From NCBI GenBank assembly GCA_900315465.1, contig OMZF01000101.1, forward strand, positions 18,181 through 82,180: a stretch of 64,000 bases of DNA. Direction: 5' to 3'. Each line of letters opens with the position of its first letter. Positions within the stretch are counted from its first letter, which is position 1. The DNA is from an uncultured Eubacteriales bacterium. Its GTDB lineage: Bacteria; Bacillota; Clostridia; Oscillospirales; Acutalibacteraceae. The position numbers and the translations under genes were made by a program. The notes under the pieces are model-generated. The model saw only the letters and a program-made list of their open reading frames with translations. It searched no databases and was not told the origin of the DNA. This document shows positions 1-9,353 of the stretch, piece by piece.

Positions 1-15
1 CAACTTATATTTGTT

Positions 16-576
16 GTGATAGGTTTTATAATAGCCGGACTGGTCATAGCCGGTTTGCTGAATGTTACAAAAAATGATATTCGCAGTCAGGTGAGCGAAA
101 ATAACGAAAAAACCTCCTCTATAGCAGTTAAAGAGCATGAAGACAATGAAAAGACACTTGTTTTCCTTTGTCTTCATCAGGATGCGGGTTCTGAGACATT
201 CAATGCATATGTTGTAAATAAAAACGGAAAGCGATTTGATATTGATCTAAGCAAAAATAAAAGAGATATTTCACAGTATGAGGAAATTTTCAAAGATGCA
301 CAAAGTTCTTTTGAAGACAGTGAGGGAAAGGATTTTATCGGTTCAAGAGATATTGAAAATCTGTGTGAGCTGCTCAGACTTGCTAAGCCGTCAAAAGAGT
401 TTACCACCGAGACTGACCCATATGGAACACATGGAGTAACGATAGTGTACGGTGCTAAGTATACAGATGATAAGCTTGAAATTTTGAAAATAGGACAAGC
501 AGGAGATACAAAACAAATCCCGTCTGATACTAATGCGTCATCAATTCTCAAATATTTTGCAAAAAAATCCGCATAA
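16..576 (+). CDS. hypothetical membrane-anchored protein; 5' end may lie outside the window
   Basis: ORF track 186 aa. N-terminal hydrophobic helix IGFIIAGLVIAGLL. The frame is open from nt 1, so the true start may be upstream. A hairpin plus T-run follows. Confidence 0.45.
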   Translation: MIGFIIAGLVIAGLLNVTKNDIRSQVSENNEKTSSIAVKEHEDNEKTLVFLCLHQDAGSETFNAYVVNKNGKRFDIDLSKNKRDISQYEEIFKDAQSSFEDSEGKDFIGSRDIENLCELLRLAKPSKEFTTETDPYGTHGVTIVYGAKYTDDKLEILKIGQAGDTKQIPSDTNASSILKYFAKKSA

Positions 577-623
577 ACACAAGCCCCCGGTATGTTAAGG
601 CATATCAGGGGCTTTTTTGTGTG
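577..623 (+). terminator. rho-independent terminator
   Basis: Stem GCCCC (583-587) / GGGGC (608-612) followed by TTTTTT (613-618). Confidence 0.6.
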
Positions 624-674
624 AATAATATTTCTTAATACGGCATATCCTTTGAAAAAAGGGGTGCTTTTCAA

Positions 675-1469
675 ATGTATCTTATTTTTGGCAGAAAATC
701 AATGGCAATAGTTCTTACAGCAGCTTTGCTTATCGGAGCAGTAATTTTTGCAGGGAGGGAATTTGAATCTATACAAACATCAAGTACGGATATAAACTGG
801 GGGCTGAGCTTTGGTGCGGAAGGTGAAGTGCCGAGGGGGAATTCTTCGGCTGAAGAACTTAAAAAGCTTGATGCACTGTATGTCGGCAACACAGCAGAAA
901 AGGTACTGTATCTGACTTTTGACGCCGGTTATGAAAACGGCTTCACACCGCATATTCTTGATGTACTTAAAAAGCATAATGTAAAGGCAACATTTTTTCT
1001 TGTAGGAAATTATATAAAAACCTCACCCGAACTTGTAAAGCGTATGGTTGATGAGGGGCATACTGTGGGGAATCATACTTTCACTCACCCTGATATGTCA
1101 AAAATATCCGATAAGGAAAGCTTTGAAAAGGAACTCGGTCAGCTTTCACAGCTTTATAAGGAAACAGTCGGAAGTGAAATGACAAAGCTTTACAGACCGC
1201 CGCAGGGAAAATTCAGTACGGATAATCTTAAAATGGCACAGGAAATGGGATATAAAACTGTTTTCTGGAGTCTTGCATATGCCGATTGGGATAATGATAA
1301 CCAGCCGACAAAGGAACAGGCATTTTCAAAACTGATACCGAGAACACATAACGGTGCAGTAGTATTGCTGCACAGCACATCAAAAACAAACAGCGAGATA
1401 CTTGATGAACTTCTTACAAAATGGGAAGAAATGGGCTACAGTTTCGACAAACCGGAAAATATTGTGTGA
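675..1469 (+). CDS. pdaA: polysaccharide deacetylase, PdaA-like delta-lactam-biosynthetic de-N-acetylase (spore cortex)
   Basis: YLTFDAGYENGFTPHILDVLKKHNVKATFFLVGNYI, GHTVGNHTFTHPDM, LYRPPQGKFS, VFWSLAYADWD and VVLLHSTSKTN closely follow the B. subtilis PdaA sequence as I remember it. N-terminal membrane anchor. Confidence 0.85.
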   Translation: MYLIFGRKSMAIVLTAALLIGAVIFAGREFESIQTSSTDINWGLSFGAEGEVPRGNSSAEELKKLDALYVGNTAEKVLYLTFDAGYENGFTPHILDVLKKHNVKATFFLVGNYIKTSPELVKRMVDEGHTVGNHTFTHPDMSKISDKESFEKELGQLSQLYKETVGSEMTKLYRPPQGKFSTDNLKMAQEMGYKTVFWSLAYADWDNDNQPTKEQAFSKLIPRTHNGAVVLLHSTSKTNSEILDELLTKWEEMGYSFDKPENIV

Positions 1470-1515
1470 CAATAGACGAATATTTTCTGTATTTTTCTGT
1501 TTTTCTACAAAACAC

Positions 1516-1544
1516 TTGACTAAACTTTCAGTTGAAATTATAAT
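1516..1544 (+). promoter_or_regulatory. sigma-A type promoter
   Basis: TTGACT (1516-1521), 17-nt spacer, TATAAT (1539-1544), about 65 nt upstream of the zinc-ribbon gene start. Confidence 0.55.
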
Positions 1545-1608
1545 AAAAACAGTTGCAGGCAATATTTTGTTGTCTGCATAAATAAAAATGACTGGAGGTT
1601 TTACTACC

Positions 1609-4068
1609 ATGTTATGTAAAAATTGTGGCATAATGCTCAAAGACGGAGCAAAATTCTGTCCGTCATGCGGTTCCCCAGTTGAAGCAGCCGATGCAGCACC
1701 TGCACAGCCGGCTGAAAGTACGGTCAAGTGTCCGTCATGCGGAACTGATGTCAAGCAGGGTGCAAAATTCTGTCCGGGCTGCGGATACAATATGAATAAT
1801 CCTGCACCTGCAGCAGAGCAGGATGTTCCGAGTGTAGAACAGCCTGCACCTGCTACTGTTGTACCTCTTGCAAAACCTGAGGAAAGCGGAAATAAATGTC
1901 CGTCATGCGGAATGGAACTCAAACCGGGTGCAAAATTCTGTCCGGGCTGCGGATACAATATGAATAATCCTGCACCTGCAGCAGAGCAGGATGTGCCGAG
2001 CATAGAACAGCCTGCTCCTGTTGTACCTCTTGCAAAGCCTGAGGAAAGCGGAAATAAATGCCCGTCATGCGGAATGGAACTCAAACCGGGTGCAAAATTC
2101 TGTCCGGGCTGCGGATATAAGATGGGGGATTCTGTTGTACCTGCAGCAGAGCAGGAAGTACCGAGTATTGAACCGTCTGCACCTGCTGTAAATCAGAATG
2201 TACCGAGCATTGATACTCCTGCACCGTCAGCAGATGCGGCTAAATGTCCGTCATGCGGTGCACAGTTAAAACCCGATGCAAAATTCTGTCCCGTATGCGG
2301 AACAGGTATGGCTGGTGCAGCTGCACAGATAAATACTCCTGCTCCTGTTAATCCGGCAGGTCAGCCTATGCCTCAGACACAGGTAAAGACGAAAAAACCA
2401 ATAAATATTGTACCGTTTATTATAATCGGTGCTGCAGTAGTTGTAGTAATCGTTGCCATTATAATTATAGTAAATCTGCTCAATAAAGCTCCTACAGTAG
2501 ACCTTGATGAATATATCACTATCGAGTACAGCGGTTATGAAGGTTACGGTGAGGCTAAAGTTGAATTTGATTACGCAAAATTCAACAAGGATTGGCAGGA
2601 TAAACTCAGCTTCAATGTAAAGCCGAGCGATATTGACTACAAGTATGGTTTTGATTATGAAAATCCTGCATCCTATATTTCAGCCTGTGCAAGAGATAAT
2701 ATAACACTTGACAAGAATTCGGAACTCAAAAATGGTGATACAGTAAAAGCAACATGGAGTTTCTCCAAAACAACTCTTGAGAAAATGTCAAGATATATCA
2801 AATGCGAGGTTAAATATACTGATAAGGAATTCAAAGTAGAAGGTCTTGATTCAATTCCTACTGTTGATCTTTTTGAAAAGATAAAGATAGAATATGAAGG
2901 CGAAGCTCCTAACGGTAGGGCTTATGTTTATAATAATAGTGATTATTATTTTGATTATAAGCTTGATAAGAGCGAAAACCTTTCAAACGGTGATAAGATC
3001 ACACTTACCCTTTCTTATGACGGCGAAGACCTTGCTGATGTTCTTGCAAAGAGATACCATGTAGTACCGAAGAGCCTCACAAAAGAATATACTGTTTCAG
3101 GACTTAACACATCAATAACAAATGTAAAGGATATTCCGGGCGATGTACTTGACAGTTTTAAGGAAGAAACAGAAGACTTCATTAAATCTGATACAAGTGC
3201 AGATACTCTGAAACTTAAAGCAACCAATTATCTTGGTTCTATACTTCTTGTTAATAAAAATACATCAAGCTGGTATTCAGATGATAAATACACATATGTG
3301 ATCTATCAGGTAACTGTAACAGCTACAGAAGAGAAAGACGGCAAAAAGACAACAAAGGATTATGATTATTATACCTTTGATCGTTTCGGTGCTGTCGTTA
3401 TTACTCCTGATAATACACCGAGCTATGACATAAACGGCTCCGAATGTTATAATTATCTTGAACTCGGCGGAAGTTATCGTAATTCTGTACACGGCTATGA
3501 AAATTATTCAAAGATGTATGATTATATAGTTACATCAAACCTTAAAGATTATACATTCACAAGTACAGTTGACGAAACAAAGGTAAACAAAGCAGCAGTG
3601 AGTGAAAATTCAAAGTCTGAGGAAAACTCAAAGCCGGAAGAAAGCTCAAATCCTGAGGAGAGTTCAAAGCCTGAGGAAAGTTCAAATCCTGAAGAAAGTT
3701 CCAAGTCAGAGGAAAGTTCAAAATCTCAGACAAGTTCATCTGCGGCAAAGGAAAGTCTTAAAGAGTATTTTGTTTCACATAAAGACGAGATACAGGCAGA
3801 ATATGGAAGTGACGATAACGGAGAGCTTAAATTTGAACTTGAAGGGGACAATACAGTAGTATGTACCTATAAATTCAAGGAACATGTACCTGTAGATGAT
3901 AGTGTAAAGACACAGATTCAGACACTTCTTGATGCACAGCAGTCAAATGCCGATTATATGATAGAACAGCTTGAAAGTGAAACCACAACAAAGGGGATCA
4001 CTCTGAAAATCAAATATCTGAATGATGACGGTACTCTTATAGGAGAAAAAGAGTTTAAAAAGTCATAA
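1609..4068 (+). CDS. membrane protein with five N-terminal zinc-ribbon repeats, one TM helix and a large extracellular domain
   Basis: Five copies of CPSCG-x8-KFCPxCG. TM segment IVPFIIIGAAVVVVIVAIIIIV. SE/KP-rich low-complexity tract near the C-terminus. I prefer ATG 1609 (GGAGG at 1594-1598, 10-nt spacing) over the ORF-track start at 1588. Confidence 0.7.
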   Translation: MLCKNCGIMLKDGAKFCPSCGSPVEAADAAPAQPAESTVKCPSCGTDVKQGAKFCPGCGYNMNNPAPAAEQDVPSVEQPAPATVVPLAKPEESGNKCPSCGMELKPGAKFCPGCGYNMNNPAPAAEQDVPSIEQPAPVVPLAKPEESGNKCPSCGMELKPGAKFCPGCGYKMGDSVVPAAEQEVPSIEPSAPAVNQNVPSIDTPAPSADAAKCPSCGAQLKPDAKFCPVCGTGMAGAAAQINTPAPVNPAGQPMPQTQVKTKKPINIVPFIIIGAAVVVVIVAIIIIVNLLNKAPTVDLDEYITIEYSGYEGYGEAKVEFDYAKFNKDWQDKLSFNVKPSDIDYKYGFDYENPASYISACARDNITLDKNSELKNGDTVKATWSFSKTTLEKMSRYIKCEVKYTDKEFKVEGLDSIPTVDLFEKIKIEYEGEAPNGRAYVYNNSDYYFDYKLDKSENLSNGDKITLTLSYDGEDLADVLAKRYHVVPKSLTKEYTVSGLNTSITNVKDIPGDVLDSFKEETEDFIKSDTSADTLKLKATNYLGSILLVNKNTSSWYSDDKYTYVIYQVTVTATEEKDGKKTTKDYDYYTFDRFGAVVITPDNTPSYDINGSECYNYLELGGSYRNSVHGYENYSKMYDYIVTSNLKDYTFTSTVDETKVNKAAVSENSKSEENSKPEESSNPEESSKPEESSNPEESSKSEESSKSQTSSSAAKESLKEYFVSHKDEIQAEYGSDDNGELKFELEGDNTVVCTYKFKEHVPVDDSVKTQIQTLLDAQQSNADYMIEQLESETTTKGITLKIKYLNDDGTLIGEKEFKKS
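1726..2115 (+). repeat. near-identical in-frame tandem repeats (168-nt and 162-nt units plus a partial third) encoding zinc-ribbon-plus-linker units
   Basis: Units start at 1726, 1894 and 2056, each with AA(G/A)TG(T/C)CCGTCATGCGGAA. Units 2 and 3 are almost identical over GGAATGGAACTCAAACCGGGTGCAAAATTCTGTCCGGGCTGCGGATA. Confidence 0.85.
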
Positions 4069-4072
4069 TAAA

Positions 4073-4112
4073 AAAGACCTTCGGTTGAAAAAATACAGCC
4101 GGAGGTCAATTT
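4073..4112. terminator. bidirectional rho-independent terminator between convergent genes
   Basis: Stem GACCTTCGG (4076-4084) / CCGGAGGTC (4099-4107), with an A-run upstream and a T-run downstream. Confidence 0.6.
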
Positions 4113-5423
4113 TTATCTTACAACAGAAATTTTTTCGGGTAAAAATGGAATATGTTCTTTTTGTATTACTTCACCGGGCATGATAACAGGTACTCCCGGA
4201 GGACAGGGGCAAACTGTATCAGATGAGATTCTGCCACTTGCATCAGCGGAAAGTATAATTTCTGAGGAGGAAAGCACAGCATCATGCACACTTAATTTTC
4301 TTTCGGGTAAAAAAAGTGCAGGAGATGGATTTTTTACAGGTGATTTTACAGGAATTTTTTCTATTGCCTGACGAAGCCTTGCAAAATCCTTTTCACTGTT
4401 GAACGGAGTGCAGATAAATACAGCATTTTCACCGTCACAGAATTCGCAGTCGATTCCCAGACTTTCAAAATACTCGATCTGTTTTTCAGTACCGCAAAGA
4501 CCTACAGCAGAGGTATCAAGTGTTATTCTTAGTGGGTCACATTTACCGTTAAGATTGAGCAATCCTTTTGTGAGAGCAACAGATTTTATATCATTTACTG
4601 TTTTTTCGCAATCACCGTATACTCTTTTACCGTTTTCGTACATATACGAAATGCAAATATCAATAGATGCCATAACAGGATATGAAGGGCTTGTAGAGCC
4701 GAAAAGTGACATAGCAGATTTTGCATTTTTGGCAAGATTGTTGTCTGCAATATTGAGCAAAGCACCGGATGTAAGAACGGGGAGTGTTTTGTGCAGTGAA
4801 CAGGCAGACATATCTGCACCAAGATTTATGGGATGAAGATTTTCGGATAAAAAAGCAAGATGTGAGCCGTGTGCATTATCAACAAGAAGTAATGCATCAT
4901 ATTTATGACAAATTTCCGAAATAGCCTTAATATCGCTCAGTTCACCGTAGTATGTAGGAGAGGTAATATATACTGCACTGATATTTTTTTCGTGTTTTAA
5001 TATTTTTTCAACCTCATAAGGATTTATTCTTCCTGTGTAACCCTTTTCACCCTCAGGAAATATCCAGACAGGCTCTATTCCAAGCAAGGCAACAGCATTT
5101 ATTGCACTTCTGTGTGCATTACGGCTGATGATCATTTTTTTGCCTTTTTTGCTTGCTATTTTGAGCATTGCCATAATAGCGAGCGAACATCCGCCTGCTG
5201 AAATAAGACTTCTTGCACAGCCGAAAAGTTTTGCGGCATTTTCTTCTGTTTGCCTTATAACTCCATCGGCTTCATAAAGTGCATCAGTATCGGGCAGTTC
5301 CGTAAGATCAAGCTCCAGCAGCTTATTATCAAAAAATCCGCTGCATTTATGTCCGGGGGTATGAAATGATGAACGTCCCAGAGAATTATGTTCTATCAGT
5401 CTGTTATATAAAGGTGTATCCAT
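4113..5423 (-). CDS. PLP-dependent Orn/Lys/Arg decarboxylase family protein
   Basis: FHTPGHK near the N-terminus. SLHKTLPVLT contains the S-x-H-K PLP-lysine motif of this family. The length fits. The start is placed at the fourth codon (ATG 5423), which sits 9 nt after AAGGA. Confidence 0.8.
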   Translation of the reverse strand: MDTPLYNRLIEHNSLGRSSFHTPGHKCSGFFDNKLLELDLTELPDTDALYEADGVIRQTEENAAKLFGCARSLISAGGCSLAIMAMLKIASKKGKKMIISRNAHRSAINAVALLGIEPVWIFPEGEKGYTGRINPYEVEKILKHEKNISAVYITSPTYYGELSDIKAISEICHKYDALLLVDNAHGSHLAFLSENLHPINLGADMSACSLHKTLPVLTSGALLNIADNNLAKNAKSAMSLFGSTSPSYPVMASIDICISYMYENGKRVYGDCEKTVNDIKSVALTKGLLNLNGKCDPLRITLDTSAVGLCGTEKQIEYFESLGIDCEFCDGENAVFICTPFNSEKDFARLRQAIEKIPVKSPVKNPSPALFLPERKLSVHDAVLSSSEIILSADASGRISSDTVCPCPPGVPVIMPGEVIQKEHIPFLPEKISVVR

Positions 5424-5458
5424 AATTATCATTCCTTAAAAAACTTTGTAGTACAAGA

Positions 5459-5487
5459 ATTATAACCATTTCTTTATTTTTTGTCAA
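5459..5487 (-). promoter_or_regulatory. sigma-A type promoter for the decarboxylase gene
   Basis: On the minus strand: TTGACA (5487-5482), 17-nt spacer, TATAAT (5464-5459). Confidence 0.55.
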
Positions 5488-5564
5488 GGCTGAGTGCCTC
5501 CGCTGTACATGAATTCAGTTAAGCGTAAAAATTTTTGACCAGACAATCAATTGCACATTGCACA

Positions 5565-5593
5565 TTGCTAATTGCTGATTGATTTGGTATAAT
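5565..5593 (+). promoter_or_regulatory. sigma-A type promoter for folC, embedded in a heptad ATTGCWN repeat
   Basis: TTGCTA (5565-5570), 17-nt spacer, TATAAT (5588-5593) with TGG immediately upstream (extended -10). Confidence 0.5.
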
Positions 5594-5628
5594 GTTGTTG
5601 TAAAATACAGGAAAAGGAGAAACAGAGT

Positions 5629-6927
5629 ATGAATTATTATGAAGCAGTAGAAAAAATCAATTCACTTTTGGTATTTGGCAGTCGTCCGGGGCTTGAGAGG
5701 ATAAGAGAATTTGTTGACCGTATGGGGAAACCTGACAAGTCGCTTAAATTTGTACATATAGCAGGAACTAACGGAAAAGGCAGTACCTGTGCAATGACAG
5801 CATCTGCACTGACAGAAGCCGGATATAAAACAGGACTTTTTATATCACCTTACGTTCTTGAATTTCGTGAGCGTTTCAGTATTGACGGTGAAATGATACC
5901 TCCGCAAACTCTTGCCGACATTGTTGAGGAGCTTTTCCCGCTCGTTGAAGAAATGAAAAAAGAAGATAAGGTAATAACAGAATTTGAATTTGTTCTTGCT
6001 GTTGCTCTCAGGTGGTTTGAAAGGGAAAAATGCGATATAGTTGTGCTTGAAACAGGTCTCGGAGGCAGATTCGATGCCACAAATATAATCGAAAAACCTC
6101 TTGTATCGGTAATAACATCCATTTCTCTCGACCATACGGCAATACTCGGTGATACGGCAGATAAAATCGCTTTTGAAAAGGCAGGTATAATAAAGAATAA
6201 CGGTGTGACAGTTGTATATGCAGACCAGCCCGAAGAAGCATTAAAAGTTATCACCGACATTGCAATGGAAAGAAATAATACTCTTTATCTTGCCGACAGC
6301 AAACAGGCGGTTATTAAAAAAAGCAATATAACAGGTACAGATTTTGAAATAGAGATTGATGATAAGAATTGGGAACTTTCGATAAGTCTTTGCGGAGAAC
6401 ATCAGATAAAAAATTCCGTAACAGCACTTTATACCCTGCTTACACTAAGAAAAAACGGAATTATAATACCCGATGAAGCAATACAAAAAGGCTTTGAGAA
6501 AGTGAGATTTCCTGCAAGGATGGAATTATTTTCCAAAGAGCCTGTTGTGATTCTTGATGGAGCACATAATCCCGGAGGTGCAAAAGCACTTTCTGAGGCT
6601 ATAAAAAAATATATACCCGAAAAGAAAAAAATCGGTATCGTGGGAATGCTTGCCGACAAGGATGTAAAGACAGCACTTGGCGAATTATTGCCGTTGTTTG
6701 ATATTATATATACTGTAGCACCGCCAAATCCACGAAGAATGACAGCCGAAACACTTTGCGGAATAATAAAACCGGTATGCCGTAATGTGACAGCCTGTGA
6801 AAGTGCAGAGCAGGCTGTAAATCTTGCACTGGAGTCAACAGGCAAGGACGATGCACTTGTGATTTTCGGCTCACTTTATCTTGCATCTGAGATAAGACCG
6901 ATAATCAAAAATATGCTTTTAAAGTAA
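5629..6927 (+). CDS. folC: bifunctional folylpolyglutamate synthase / dihydrofolate synthase
   Basis: P-loop HIAGTNGKGST. Mur-ligase-like layout (ETGLGGRFDATN, DGAHNPGG). 432 aa. RBS AGGAGA upstream. Confidence 0.9.
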   Translation: MNYYEAVEKINSLLVFGSRPGLERIREFVDRMGKPDKSLKFVHIAGTNGKGSTCAMTASALTEAGYKTGLFISPYVLEFRERFSIDGEMIPPQTLADIVEELFPLVEEMKKEDKVITEFEFVLAVALRWFEREKCDIVVLETGLGGRFDATNIIEKPLVSVITSISLDHTAILGDTADKIAFEKAGIIKNNGVTVVYADQPEEALKVITDIAMERNNTLYLADSKQAVIKKSNITGTDFEIEIDDKNWELSISLCGEHQIKNSVTALYTLLTLRKNGIIIPDEAIQKGFEKVRFPARMELFSKEPVVILDGAHNPGGAKALSEAIKKYIPEKKKIGIVGMLADKDVKTALGELLPLFDIIYTVAPPNPRRMTAETLCGIIKPVCRNVTACESAEQAVNLALESTGKDDALVIFGSLYLASEIRPIIKNMLLK

Positions 6928-7015
6928 AAAAAACACTAAAATCGGTATTGTAAAAATATGTAGTATTGTGATACAATAATGAATATCAGATCATAAAAAG
7001 AAAGGTCGTGAAGGT

Positions 7016-8026
7016 TTGAAAAAGAGGTATATTCTTATTGACTCGGAAAATATACAGAACAGAATGTTTGAAATAATAGATAATGCCCGTAAAAGTGACA
7101 GGATAATAATCTTTTATACGGTTTATCATTCAGGCAGACTTGAAGAGTATATGAAAGGTCATAAGATAAGAAAGAATACTGAATTTGTTGAATGTATGGC
7201 AGGAACGAACGCTCTTGATGTACAGCTTATAGGTGTTTTGTCATATCTTATTCAAAAACATCCCGATTATCGTTTTGTGATATATTCAAACGACAAGGGT
7301 TATCATATTCCCGTAAGATACTGGCAGACGCATAATGTGGATGTAGAGTTTGAAAGCTTTCTTACTCCTGTTGTGGGAGCGGAAAAATTTGTTTTTGACT
7401 CTCCCATAGTTATTAACGAAAAAGAAAAGACTAAATCAAAGAAAAAGAAAAAATCAGCCAAAGCAGCTGCCGGAACACTGGCACAAACAGTTACAGCAGA
7501 ATCCGATGATACAAAACCCGAACTTACTGTTGTTGATACAAAGCCGGTAGAAGAAAATGAAACGCCTGCTGAGGAAACATCTGAAGAGCTTATTCCGGAG
7601 ATATTATATTCTGAAGATGACACAAAGATGACAGACGAACAGTATGTATATGAAATATGCCACAGTATTCAGGCTTCGGATCTTGCGATGGTATATCGTG
7701 TTCTTTCGGCTGGCTTCGGTGTGGAAAACAGCAAAACTGCGTATAACCGTTTCAAAAAAGACCCTGATTATCGCATGAAAATGGAACAGCTTTATTATGC
7801 CGATAAGGATAAACGTGTAAATACTCTTATGCGTGCGGCACTCAGATATAATTCGATGGATGCTGGCGTTGCAGACGAAATATGCAGGATATTGGATGAA
7901 AAGGGAACGGACAATATGCAGCAGGTATATCTTAGTTTCATACAGCGTATGCCGGGAACGGTAGCAGAAAGACAGGCTATATATAAGGTCATAAAACCAT
8001 ATTTTTCGGTTCTGAATAATATCTGA
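7016..8026 (+). CDS. hypothetical protein with an N-terminal NYN/LabA-like (PIN-like) domain
   Basis: YILIDSENI, GTNALDVQLIG and VIYSNDKGY resemble the acidic-residue layout of NYN/LabA nuclease domains. A Lys/Glu-rich linker and an unassigned C-terminal domain follow. TTG start. Confidence 0.45.
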   Translation: MKKRYILIDSENIQNRMFEIIDNARKSDRIIIFYTVYHSGRLEEYMKGHKIRKNTEFVECMAGTNALDVQLIGVLSYLIQKHPDYRFVIYSNDKGYHIPVRYWQTHNVDVEFESFLTPVVGAEKFVFDSPIVINEKEKTKSKKKKKSAKAAAGTLAQTVTAESDDTKPELTVVDTKPVEENETPAEETSEELIPEILYSEDDTKMTDEQYVYEICHSIQASDLAMVYRVLSAGFGVENSKTAYNRFKKDPDYRMKMEQLYYADKDKRVNTLMRAALRYNSMDAGVADEICRILDEKGTDNMQQVYLSFIQRMPGTVAERQAIYKVIKPYFSVLNNI

Positions 8027-8058
8027 TAAAGCATAGGAATAAAGGAAAAGGGAACTGA

Positions 8059-9291
8059 ATGAATAAGAAGAAATTATGCTGTATGATTGCGGCACTTTTG
8101 GTATCGGTACTTATTTCAGGCTGTAGATCGTCTGATGATGAACAGCTTAAATCTCCTGCAAGAGAAGTTCAGCAGGCGGCTGTGTTACCCGAAATAAAAG
8201 CAGAGGAAAACAGTATTTCTGAGGAAAAGAAGGAGCTTATCGACATTTCTCTTTGTACTGTAACAGTAAAGGATAAAATATATCAGGATAAATTCACCGA
8301 GCCTTATGTAAGGGTAGAATACAGCGGAAAAGTTCTCACAAAGGACAGGGATTATATACTTCTGTTCGGTGATAAGGAGGACAAAAAGTCCGGACATTAT
8401 AAATTTACTCTTGAAATGACAGGTGATTACAAAGGAACGAAAGAGTTTGAATATAATGTACGGCCTATAGGTACAGCTATATCCGGCTTTGACAATAAAG
8501 TAACATCTGTAACGATAAACTGGCATGACAGAAATTATATTTGTGACGGCTACGAAATAGGTTACAGTAACTTTGATGATACATCATACGAACAGATAAT
8601 AACTTTGGATAAAGCGGATATTACATCCTATACAATGGAAGGACTTGCCGAAAACAGCAGTTTGAGTGTCCGTATAAGAACATATAAGGATATTGTTGTA
8701 AACGGTAAGGCAGAGAAGCTTTATTCCCCATGGAGTATACCTTGTGAGGTGAAAACAAAAACCATTGAAAATATCAACGGTGTTACATACATAGACGGTA
8801 TACTTATTGCAAATAAGACCTATGCATTGCCGCCTGATTACGGTGACGGTATGGATGATACTACAATGGATGCATATTATAAAATGTATTATGATGCGGC
8901 GGAGGAAGGAATATATCTGAATATAGTATCCGGATTTCGCAGTTATTGGCTGCAGGATACTGTATATCACAGCTTTGTTTATGAACGTGGAGTTGAACAG
9001 GCTGACAGAGTATCTGCACGTCCCGGACATTCCGAACATCAGACAGGTCTTGCAATGGATATAAACAGCACATGGTTTACCTTTGCAGATACACCCGAAG
9101 GGATATGGCTTAAAAATAATTGTGCAAGATACGGATTTATAATACGCTATCCCGAAGGAAAAGAGGATATAACAGGATATGCATATGAATCATGGCATAT
9201 CCGCTATGTAGGAGAAGAGCTTGCACAAAAACTTACAGATGAAGGACTTACACTTGAGGAATATCTCGGAATAACTTCTTGTTATTCATAA
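8059..9291 (+). CDS. lipoprotein with a C-terminal M15 (VanY-like) D-alanyl-D-alanine carboxypeptidase domain
   Basis: Lipobox LISGC. SGFRSYWLQ, SARPGHSEHQTGLAMDI and ESWHIRYVG match the H-x6-D...H zinc-site layout of peptidase M15B. Confidence 0.8.
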   Translation: MNKKKLCCMIAALLVSVLISGCRSSDDEQLKSPAREVQQAAVLPEIKAEENSISEEKKELIDISLCTVTVKDKIYQDKFTEPYVRVEYSGKVLTKDRDYILLFGDKEDKKSGHYKFTLEMTGDYKGTKEFEYNVRPIGTAISGFDNKVTSVTINWHDRNYICDGYEIGYSNFDDTSYEQIITLDKADITSYTMEGLAENSSLSVRIRTYKDIVVNGKAEKLYSPWSIPCEVKTKTIENINGVTYIDGILIANKTYALPPDYGDGMDDTTMDAYYKMYYDAAEEGIYLNIVSGFRSYWLQDTVYHSFVYERGVEQADRVSARPGHSEHQTGLAMDINSTWFTFADTPEGIWLKNNCARYGFIIRYPEGKEDITGYAYESWHIRYVGEELAQKLTDEGLTLEEYLGITSCYS

Positions 9292-9294
9292 AAA

Positions 9295-9336
9295 TCAGCC
9301 GCAGCTTCTGAAAGAAATCAGCAGCTGCGGCTTTTG
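9295..9336. terminator. bidirectional rho-independent terminator between convergent genes
   Basis: Perfect 9-bp stem AGCCGCAGC (9297-9305) / GCTGCGGCT (9324-9332), flanked by an A-run and a T-run. Confidence 0.65.
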
Positions 9337-9353
9337 TGTTAAGTTATTGAGTT

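Noticed and set aside
1380-2084. 234-aa minus-strand ORF rich in Gly/Ala/Pro/Ser
   Set aside because: It is the antisense image of the zinc-ribbon tandem repeats. It shows the same periodicity, has no RBS, and fully overlaps a well-supported plus-strand gene.
3595-3735. SE/KP-rich periodic tract (EENSKPEESSNPEESSKPEESS...) and the overlapping alternative-frame ORFs at 3557-3748 (-) and 3602-3859 (+)
   Set aside because: This is a low-complexity linker within the zinc-ribbon membrane protein. The overlapping ORFs are frame artefacts of the repeat.
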